A DNA stretch of 64,000 bases, taken from the NCBI GenBank assembly GCA_038496445.1, contig JALMLS010000215.1, positions 186,001 to 250,000 on the forward strand, read 5' to 3'. This DNA comes from Trichosphaerium sp. ATCC 40318. Taxonomy: Eukaryota > Protista > Tubulinea. How positions within the stretch are numbered: the first letter of the stretch is position 1; every line of letters starts with the position of its first letter. A program made the position numbers and the translations under genes. Positions 26,738 through 36,700 of this stretch are shown here, one piece after another. The notes under the pieces were generated by a model that had not been told where the DNA came from, ran no database searches, and saw nothing but the letters and a program-made list of their open reading frames with translations.

Positions 26738-28273
26738 ATGCCTACTTTATACCTTACAAGCTATACATTTCCCCTTAGTAAACATTATTTAGAACGTTAC
26801 AACAACTACCACTGTAGTGACAATAAACCCATTATTCAGCATTTTGTACATACTTCTTTTATGATTTATCCGTATGACATTGTAGTCATGCGTATCAACG
26901 ATACATGGTCCGTAGTCAATACCAAGGCAAAACCAAGTTATCCACAAAAAATTCATCATCAACATTTTTACAAAAAATCCTACTTTACAGAAAACAATAT
27001 TCATCTGTATTTTAAAATATCACGTGGAAAATTTTGTATTTCAGATTTTCTTTCCAAAGTGCAATTCGCTCATATAGAAAATTGCAAAAATTTGGTAATT
27101 TCTACTATGGATAATGACACGTATGCAAATTATGTGAATGCCCTCACCATGGTCCAATCCATTACCACTACTCACTACAAACGATTAACAACGATGGCAG
27201 TAAATCAACAAATTGACCAAGTTATGGATGAACTTCCTGAAATCCAAAGAATCTCAGTCTTCAAAAACACGATCGAAAAAGTATGTATTGATATGTCCAA
27301 GTCCAATGACAATCAATTACAAGAAAGCGCTCAACAAGGAAGAATCGTGTGGATTATTAAACTTGAGATTTATCCAGATCTGATCCAAGGTGTTAGACCC
27401 AAACAATTCATTTCCGATGATCTTCAAGCCAAGTTCAATCTAGCTAAACGTGCTATTCATGAAGTAATCAAGAGCGAAAGTGAACATATCATTACGGCTA
27501 AGGAGTTCCCTTTCAATACTACGATTTCTATGTATGCTTCTCCGTCTGTTATAGATGATATCCAAGAACTTCGCGGTAATCTCAAGAAAGATGGATTCAA
27601 CGTTATTACTATTGCCCACAACTCGACCAAAATAGTTATCTCTGGTTTCGAAATCACGGAAGGAGAAAAAGAGATGCGTTTTCTTTGTAACGCATTCTGT
27701 GAAGCTATGGGAGTCAAACTTCTCGACTTTCGAAGATGGAAAACTGAAACGTTTCATTATCCGACGAATGGTTGTGTTTTCTTGTGCTCAAAGATTATCG
27801 CAGGATTTGAAAAATTCCAAGTTCTCAAGAGAAATAAACATCATCTGGTTTTTAAGGTGTTTAAAAGCGCTAAGGACTTCAGAAGTGCCCAACAATACGC
27901 AGACACAGTACAATTTCTCTCCGAAAACGAAATAGAAAGTTTTAGATTGGGAAAAAGAAAGAACGAAACTGCTGTCAATCCTGTTCAACCGAAGCGCCCA
28001 AGAAAGATTGTTGCTCCTTACAATCCTCAACAACCGACTGTCTGTGACCCAGATGTTCCAATGCAACCTGTTCAAATACAACAATTTGACGATCAATATG
28101 AGAAGGATAAAGTTATACGCGAACGAGCCTTTATTGATGCACTTAAACAACATATGGCACTAGAAAGACCAAAGAGAATTGCAAAGGGAGTCGATCCGGA
28201 GTTTAAAGAAGATGAGATTACCCAGCTGCGTATCGCCTTCTATAAAAATAACCCTCTTAACCCAAAAAAATGA
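26738..28273 (+). CDS. Retrotransposon ORF1 (putative RNA-binding/chaperone protein)
   Basis: First in-frame ATG inside the element is at 26738. Long intronless ORF upstream of APE-RT, with an RRM-like segment KIVISGF..; no CCHC knuckle seen. Confidence 0.75.
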   Translation: MPTLYLTSYTFPLSKHYLERYNNYHCSDNKPIIQHFVHTSFMIYPYDIVVMRINDTWSVVNTKAKPSYPQKIHHQHFYKKSYFTENNIHLYFKISRGKFCISDFLSKVQFAHIENCKNLVISTMDNDTYANYVNALTMVQSITTTHYKRLTTMAVNQQIDQVMDELPEIQRISVFKNTIEKVCIDMSKSNDNQLQESAQQGRIVWIIKLEIYPDLIQGVRPKQFISDDLQAKFNLAKRAIHEVIKSESEHIITAKEFPFNTTISMYASPSVIDDIQELRGNLKKDGFNVITIAHNSTKIVISGFEITEGEKEMRFLCNAFCEAMGVKLLDFRRWKTETFHYPTNGCVFLCSKIIAGFEKFQVLKRNKHHLVFKVFKSAKDFRSAQQYADTVQFLSENEIESFRLGKRKNETAVNPVQPKRPRKIVAPYNPQQPTVCDPDVPMQPVQIQQFDDQYEKDKVIRERAFIDALKQHMALERPKRIAKGVDPEFKEDEITQLRIAFYKNNPLNPKK

Positions 28274-28500
28274 TGGTTAGACTAATAAATACATCATTTA
28301 CGTTGACTTACCCTTTTTTGCTGTTTTCTTACCCTTTTTTGTTGTTTTCTCTTGTGTTTCTGCTTCGTAGGGTCCTTTGGTTGTGTCGGCTCTGTTTTTA
28401 TAGAAAAATACAAATTTGTAACCATTCTTTTATTTTTGTGTCTTTTCTAGTAAGTTATAGGTTTGCCTACGCGTGGTTTGGGTTATATGATCTTCTATGA
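28270..28500 (+). CDS. Small hydrophobic 76-aa inter-ORF of the LINE (candidate coupling or membrane ORF)
   Basis: Starts in an ATGA overlapping the ORF1 stop and ends in an ATGA overlapping the ORF2 start. Two hydrophobic stretches flank an Arg/Cys-rich segment. Confidence 0.5.
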   Translation: MMVRLINTSFTLTYPFLLFSYPFLLFSLVFLLRRVLWLCRLCFYRKIQICNHSFIFVSFLVSYRFAYAWFGLYDLL

Positions 28501-31500
28501 CTAAGTTCAAAACAGTTAAGCTGGCTACAGCCAATATACGCGGCTTCAGTAATTTTGACATGGTGCGTGAGCTCTCGTACAACCTTAAGTGTAATATTTT
28601 ATGTTCCACGGAAACAAATTCTTTTCAAGAGCACAGACGCAAAACAATTTCAACAGATGAAGGTAGAGGTACAGGTGTGGCGTTAACAGCAATCAAAGGA
28701 AAAAATCCTGTTCTTATCAATTCTTTGGATGGACGCATTCTTGTCGCTGAGGTGGAGTGTAATGGCGTCAAACTAAAGATAGCTACGATTTACGCTAAAT
28801 CAAATAGTTCTAACCAATTTTGGCTTAAAGTATTCGAAGCAGTGGCAGAATGCGATATAATTACTGGTGACTTTAACTTGCGCATAGAGAATAAGAAGTC
28901 TTTAAAAACGTACGCATTACTTCTTAATCTGGGATTCATAGATGCAGCTGTCAAATTTCATAAAGTGCTCCCTACACATGAAAAAGGCGGTAGACTGGAT
29001 CTGCTTCTTGTCTCTAAAACGCTAGCTACAAATTTAAAGTCATTCAAGATCCTAGAAATGCCTTTATTTGAGTTGGATCACTCAATTCTTCTAGCTACGT
29101 TTGAATTTGGTCCTCGTCTCCCTCGTCCTTTTCGTATTAATCCTGTTTTGTTTAAAGAGGTCTATAAAGACACTAAGATATGTGATTTGACCTTTGGACC
29201 CCTCCCAATAGACTATTTGCGTGACAAATTGGAACTGATGAATCGTTTCAAAAAAACTCAAACTAATCTTATATTTAAGAAAAATGCAAGAATAAACGTG
29301 TTGGCAGATGTCCTATCCAACAAACACACAGCTACAGTCAAGGACCTTCTGGAATACAATAATCTTATCAGAGAAAAAAAGGAATTTACATGTGTCGCTG
29401 CCTCTCTGGATAAGGATAAATATAATGAAATTCCATCAGCACAATTAACTAGATTGCTAAAAGGAAGAAATTCAGCCAGAGTTATAGAAGAACTTCGTTG
29501 TACCTGGAATGGTACATCATCCAAAGATGTCAAAGCTATCTTATCTACAAGTGTTCGCTTTTACAAGCACCTATATGACGACCTGATTGTAGATGAGACC
29601 GTATTAAAACAAGTAAGCAATTTATGGAATCCTAAAGTCTTTGTAGATCTCCAAAATAAATTAAACAGTAAGATTGAAGAAGAGGAGGTAGAAGAGGTAA
29701 TAGATAAGATGCCAACGAACAAAGCTCCAGGCCCGAATGGCCTTTCTGCGTGCGTCTATAAAACAATGAAGAATGTCTTTGTTCCCTCTTTAACATCTCT
29801 TTTCAATGACTTCATTCAACAAGGATGTGTGGATCAATTTTTATGTAAAGGTACCATTATTCCAATATTTAAGAAGGGTGATCCTACATTAATGGCTAAT
29901 TACAGACCTATAACTCTTACTAACGTTGATTATAAAATTTTAATGAAAGTTTTTTATAATCATATGACTCCTATAATGTCCAAGGTTATTCTCAAAACTC
30001 AGAATGGATTTATTCCAGGCAGAGACATAGTAGATAACGTGATAGCAGCTTTGGAAGCCATAGCTTACAACAAAAAACACTCAAAATGGCTTAGGATGAT
30101 AGCTTATGATTTCAAAAAAGCATTTGATTCATGCAGTCATACAGCGCTGAAACTTTTCCTAACAAAAATAGGATTCTCAAAAAAAATTGCTGATATGCTA
30201 GTTCAAGCGCTTAAACTAGATGTACAAGTTAGGATTAACAACGTAGTTAGTGAGGAAACATTCTGCACTAAGAGAGGTACAGGACAGGGGAATCCTATCA
30301 GCCCATATTTTTTCGCCATTATGGTGGAACCTCTTAATTGGATCATCAATCACGAGGCTTATATTAAAGGAGCTGAGATGAGTATTGATAACTGGCTTAA
30401 GAACCTCTTCTTCGCTGATGATCTCTTGTTGTTAGCTAGTTCCGTAGATGATATAGATGAAATGAATTATTGGTTAACAAGATATGGCAAAGCAACCGGT
30501 CTACAAATCAATGAGAAAAAGTGTTTTCAAGCAAATATTTCAGGTTTAGACGACGATAATAGTAAGGTCTTCGACACAGGTACAAGTATTAGATACTTGG
30601 GTTTTACTCTTAGTGATGATGGACTGAATTTCGATTGGAATAGTGCGATACACAAGATAGCTCTACAACTCATCAAATGGAAACCGCTATGCAAAACAAT
30701 TCGCCAAAAAATTAATGTTTTTAAATCATATGCTCAGTCCCAACTAATCTACTTTACTAGACCACTTTCTATTCCTCCAAGTGCAACAGCTAAACTTATT
30801 AACGTCTGTAATTGGTTCTTGTGGGATGTGTCAAGAGTATATGATAAATACCGAAAGTATTCTCGCGTTTCCTGGTCGCAACTCTCTCTCCCATACAAAA
30901 ATGGTGGTTTTTCGTTAAGTTCCATATCTCAAATTAGTAACGCATTTAAAGCATCATTATGGGAACGTCACCTAACAACAGACACACTGTACAAAACGGT
31001 ATGGAATAATAAGTCACATCTTAGTGAAGTTTGCAGAAAACAATTTGATTCTTTTAATGTGGTTCCAAATTCCAATTATAGAAAAGTTAAATTTTATTCT
31101 TTAATTTTAAGAAAAAGAATTATCCCTCGCCTTAAACCCCACTTCAGAAAAACTACATCTTTAACTCATCCATACTCCTACTACTAAATAAATTCAAGGA
31201 AGTCAGTTATATTAGAGACATTGTATGGAGATTTATTATGAGATGTCTTCCAGTTACACATAAAAAAGATGCGTTCCCTCCAGAAAAGCATGAAGAAATT
31301 TTCTTTGATTGGGCAGTGCCTAGTAAAATAATGGAAGTAGTATTTGATTTGTTAACCTTTTGTAAACCAGATGAATCACTTAAGATCTCTTTAGATAAAT
31401 GCAAGACAGTACATCATTTGTTAGAAATTGGAATTATACTAGCATTAACCTGGATAATACGTAATGACATTAAGCATGGTGTTCCAGCAAATAAGTGGTT

Positions 31501-31837
31501 GGCAGGACAACAAATCAGATACAAGTTTATAAATTGGATGATTATTGCCATGTACAACGGAACAGTCAAAAATATAGATTGGATGTACAAAAGTGAAACG
31601 ACTAGTAGATGGACAACTGATAGATACAAATGTCATGTTCAGATGGACTATAAGGATGTATTATCAGAACAAAACAGCTTACGAAGATTACAGATGAATA
31701 CACCAGCGTTTGTCGTGGGTAGTGGAATAGATGAAATATTACCTGATGGTACTATAATTTTAAGTAAATTTTTACAACCTACTAACGATAGAAGAATATC
31801 AAAACCAGTTCATAGATTAGGTTCTGTTTATAATTAA
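28497..31837 (+). CDS. Retrotransposon ORF2: APE endonuclease + reverse transcriptase + C-terminal domain (1-nt frameshift at about 31150)
   Basis: APE motifs NIRG, STET, IYA, GDFN, RLD, LDH. RT motifs KAPGPNG, YRPITL, QNGFIPGR, DFKKAFDS, QGNPISP, FADD, YLG. Adding one A at 31148-31152 joins ORF 31238-31837 in frame (about 1113 aa). Confidence 0.95.
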
Positions 31838-32489
31838 TAGTTTTAAGGTCGCGTTCCCTCCTAATTTGCTTCGCAAATTTGGAGCCGTTTGCGCTCCCTA
31901 TACTGAGGCACCGCACCTAGTGTGTAGTCCTTAATTTAATATTATTCTTTTCTTTCTTGGGGGGGAAATAGGTCCTTGAACTAATTTGCCCCTATAGGCC
32001 CTCCAACTATTTTGCCCCTATAGGCCCTCAAAGGTTATGTTTTTAATTCCCCCCCAACCCCCCTTTTTTCTTTCTTTTTCTCTTTCCGTTTAATCATTTT
32101 CTTATTCACACCTAATGATTTTATCTATATATTGAGTCAGTATACTGTTGAGAAGGAACTTATTGCACAATGAATTTATTTTTAAATTTATCTAAATTAT
32201 GTAACCAATACAATGTAACAAATCTATATGTAATAAAGTAGGCGCTAGCGCGCTGCCTCTTATTCTAAAAAAAAAAAATAAAAGGCAACATGATTGATCT
32301 AGTACACATGTTATCTTGTACACGTGTTATTTATACAAAATTTGGAACCCACTCTCCAATACAAACTTTGGCATAAGCATGAACATCGTTTGGAAGATAA
32401 TTTAGGGATTTATTGCTTGAAAGGAGGACTTTACACCTTATCTAGACAAGTTCATTGTTTTTTGATCGATGACACAGTAGAAATCATTT

Positions 32490-33230
32490 GAAATATTCTA
32501 CCTCGTTTACCTGTGGCACTAATCCATCAGCAGAATGTCACCATTCAGGGTTGTAGACGAAAGAGCAGTAGCGGTCTACAAGCGCTATTTTTGTACCAGG
32601 AAGTACCTTTTGAACGTCATCTGTAACTTTAGTGGATATTAAATCTATTGTGTACACCCGAAAGTGCTTTAACACCTTCATCTGTCACTTTTGTATCCAA
32701 GTTTGATTTCGTGGACACCAGCAAGTGCTTTAACGCCTTCATGTCACAGAAGTATATGTTAAATCTAGTATGAACACCTCTGAGCTCTTTTATGCCTTTA
32801 TCAATAACTTTTGTTTGTTGCAAGTTTATTGTGAACACTTCATCTGTAATACCTTTACATTTTTTTAAATTGATATGATGAACACCAGATAGGAGTCTAA
32901 CGCTATAGTCGGTAACAGAAGAATGTACAAGATGAAGTGTATGTACACCAGAAAGCAAAGCTACTGCTTTGTCTTGCCAATCTTCATGCCACTCGGGGGA
33001 ATAGATTATGATTGTGGAGTTTCTTAAGATACCGTAGTATCTGGACATAGATCAAGCATCTTCCACAGAACTGATTCTTATGAGAGAGTATCCAATAATA
33101 TCATGAACGATAGAGCAAAACAAGTGACACGATGCAGCAACTGCGAAACGTGTAGTGGTCGTGTTTTTAAAGATATGGGCAAGAATCTCTGTCGGCAAGT
33201 CCAGTATCTTCGTCCTAGCACTAAAGCATG
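32490..33230 (-). pseudogene. Decayed F-box/LRR paralog of 10740-11765
   Basis: ILDLPTEILAHIF F-box, an in-frame TGA (VEDA*SMS), and frameshifted LSGVHT/VTDEG repeats. Confidence 0.8.
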
Positions 33231-33845
33231 GTGTTAATAATTAGCGAGTAAGGTTAGGTATAAAAGTGTTTCAGCGACGCTAGTACCTTTCAGTTTGGAT
33301 ATTAATTGTCACGTGTTGTGAAGCGGGTTGTGAAATAAGTATTTAACTTTAAGTCGCTCTTACGTGCTCTTTAACGAACGCATAAAGACACTCACTGCTT
33401 TTACAATAGAGAAATACATTGGCAATCATTTGTATTGCCTTATAAGATAGTTTCACACGATTTTGATAAGCAGAGGATTCATGGAAACCACTTGTCTGTT
33501 GCGGACGATGGTTTTCGGCGCAATTTGCGATACTACCTTGATAACTTAACAACTAATCATGCACACACTAGAGGCGCAAGTACGTACACAAAATATCTGT
33601 TTGGAGCATGGCTTGAAAGCGCCAGCTGAAGGTAAAATCAATCGTATGACAAAATCCTGGTACGATCACAATGCTGCTAAGCAGGTTGGCTGGGCATAAA
33701 GAATTAAAGTATTTTTGCTTAGTTTTGTAAATTTGGGAGTCTTTATTGGCTTTGATGTAACAATTAGATTAAGCGGTACACTTGGTGTGGCGTTGAAAGT
33801 AATAAAGTTGTATTGAAGCAGCTTCTTAGTGTATTCGAGAATTAG

Positions 33846-36700
33846 TCAAGTTGTTTTTGATTTGGCACTTTGTTGTGCCCGCTTAAAGTCAGCGAGTTTA
33901 GTCAGTATGTTAATAGTATTTTCCTTAACAGTGGCAATACAGTGTAGGTGATTCGCTGTGTTTTTCTGTAGGTTGGCATGCATTTCATTTAAGATGATAG
34001 TTTGTTGGTTTAAAAACTTCTGTAGATTGGGATTACTCTTTGTTAGTTTGGTGGCATGGTTTTTAAGTTGAAAAAAGGCTTGTAAAAGATTAATAACCTC
34101 GTGTCTCACTTCTTGCTCATTTTTGGCATAGGTACCGGAAGCCCAGAGTTTTCTGTCACCTGGCGGTTTTCTGCTTTTTTTTTCTTTTGGCTTTACTTTG
34201 ACTACATAACGTGCAACAGCTTGAACATCTAATTTCATTTTTAGTATCTCTCATTTCCACTTGTTTTGGTACCTTGTGAAATAACAAGCTCATCGTATAC
34301 TGCATCATCGATTTCACTTCCCACGACACTTTCACCAAAACTGTTCACTACTGCATAGTGGCTTTGGTATCCCGGTTTAACAGGCCTTCTGAAATATTTG
34401 GGTAAAGGATAAATGGCGTCTCTTACAGAATAATCAGGATACACAGGATACACATTACCAGGAGTGACTAGACTTAATACGAGGGTTTTTACCCCATCTC
34501 CAACATTATCATAGGAGCAAGCATATTCTATGCTATGCTATTAAAAAAGTGAACATTGTTATAGCATTGTGGAGTAAGTTGGTCACATACAGTAAAGTAT
34601 ACGCCTGAACCATAAAAACCAGCCTCATTCACAGCAGTCATATTACCAAACCCGCCCTCTACTATACTGTGAGATGCTGCTCCAGTTGTTCCATGGACCA
34701 TTAATACAACAGGCAACTAAAAAGATGCAATATTAGAATGACAAGTACAAACTTAACAAGTACCTGCTCTGAGTTATCTTTTCTGGAAAAAAGAAAATCA
34801 GCTTTTTTGAAAACACTTTTTCTGTCCTTAGTTTCCTTCCAATCTTTCCTGCCAAACATTGGTAGTGTTCTAAAACAGATTTAGCAAGGCACATTTATAG
34901 TTTGTTGGTTCTCATGTCCACAAAATCAATTAAAATACTGTACTGATGTCTGTGTTTGATTATTTTGTTTGCCCTTCCAAAGCTGTCAGTCAATACATCG
35001 TTGCATACAAGGTGTGCTTCTAAAAGCTTGTATTTATCATAGCCATGCATTTTTGACATCTCTTGTTGAAGGATTTGTAGTTCTCTCTTGGCTACTTTGT
35101 CATTTGGATCAAGAAGATTTAGTGTCCTATAATGTGTTGCCTTTGAAATGAAGCCTCTTTTGTTTACAATTAAATATGAATCAATAACAAAACTACTCAC
35201 ATGTTGTGGGACCTGTCCCATCCATGTGCATAGTGTAATCGTGGATTTAAATCCCATGCGTTTTTGCTTTCTAACCCTTTTGTAGCAAGTCAATTGTGTA
35301 TAAAAGTTAAGGTGACTTGTTTACCTGCAGTAGTATGTCCAGGGCCTGCATTTACAAAGAAAGGAATGACAGTGTGTTTGCAATTTGTACATTCACATTG
35401 TTTTGATAGGGGACTGATTTTAAGTGACTATTTGAGAATATTAGATATAACAATGATACCAATAAAGATAGTACGTGAGTTTCATCATGATGTACAGAAC
35501 ATGCGTTGCATACTGTCAATTTACATATGCGGCAATATAAATCTAGAACAAATTTAACAGTTTTGTAGTTGACATGAACACGTACTATGAAATGGTAGTT
35601 TGTTCTTGAGAGATCTTGTACACCATCCCTCATCTGTGCACAGTTTGTAAATACACGTGGATTCATCTTTTAGACTCCACATGTTGTCAGGTAGGTCATA
35701 CAAGATTCCTTGCATTAACTCTCCTTGCCTCAACCAGAAACTCTTATATCAAGTTAGTAGTTATAATATTGGTGTTGGTACCGGAGATTGTACAAGTACA
35801 CGATTGTATGTACATATTAAATGATAGATCCCTTTTTGCATTGCAATATCAAAATAAGATCGTGTTGGCTTGTTTTGTTATCAGTATCAAGAATTTAAAG
35901 ACAAAATCATACCAGAAACTGTAACCACTGGGCAAGATCAACTCGCCACTGTCTCTTTTCATTGAAGTGTACGCATGATAACCAAAGTAAACGGGCACGT
36001 TGATTATTTGGAGAATGCAGTAGTACCACTGGAAATATCTCAACAAATACAGGGTCATTGTAAACCACTTTTGTAAAAACCATCTTGAAAAAGTCTTGCC
36101 ATATCTTCTTTGATGGAGAAATCACTCCACATGTGTTTAATAAAGTGAGAATAATCGAAGTGTGTCCCTTTTGTACTTGAGAGGTGTTAGTTGTACATTG
36201 CACATATTTGAAATAGTTACCTGCAATTTGTAAGGCAGACATTCCATTGTTGTCAACACATTCAATACTAGTTGTTGATTCAAGTAAAGTTGAAACAATG
36301 TCATGGTGTCCATTGCATGCTAATGGCAATGAGTTTAGTCTGCATTTTTACTATTACATTTACCTGCATAGTGCAAAGCAGTCCATCCATCTTTGTCACC
36401 AGCTTCAACATCAGCAACCTTTGATTTTAGTAAGGTTCTAACTATGTCAACATATCCATATCGCACTTAGGTAGTCAGTAGATTTGTGGTATAATTTTTA
36501 TAGTGACAGTACCTGCGATATGTAATGGCGTCCTCCCTTTTTTATCAACAGCCACGTGTACATCTATCTTTGCTTCAATTAGTGTTTTGATAATCTCGCT
36601 GTGTCCATAGCGTGCTTGAATTTGTTTAGTAGTTATGTATTTGTAGTAATTGCGGACCTGCATACAAAGTCACAAGACTGGCAACATATTCAAATCTACA
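33846..36700 (-). CDS. Module A: ankyrin repeats, B-box-like Zn finger, PARP-like ADP-ribosyltransferase, helical tail
   Basis: Ankyrin: ARYGHSEIIKTLIEA..DKKGRTPLHIA. Zn finger: CRICKLTVCNACSVHHDETH. ART: VHGTT..GFYGSGVYFT|SIEYACSY..LVTPGNVYP..YQSHY..YDELVISQ. Confidence 0.8.

Larger units (their letters stand above)
26641..32278 (+). mobile_element. Full-length (~5.6 kb) L1/TRE-like non-LTR retrotransposon
   Basis: 18-bp TSD TAAAAGGCAACATGATTG at 26623-26640 and 32279-32296. Contains ORF1, an APE-RT ORF2, a 3' UTR and poly(A). Confidence 0.95.

Noticed and set aside
31238-31837. Separate ORF3 in the LINE 3' region
   Set aside because: The truncated copy shows this region is contiguous with ORF2, and a 1-nt homopolymer indel explains the break.
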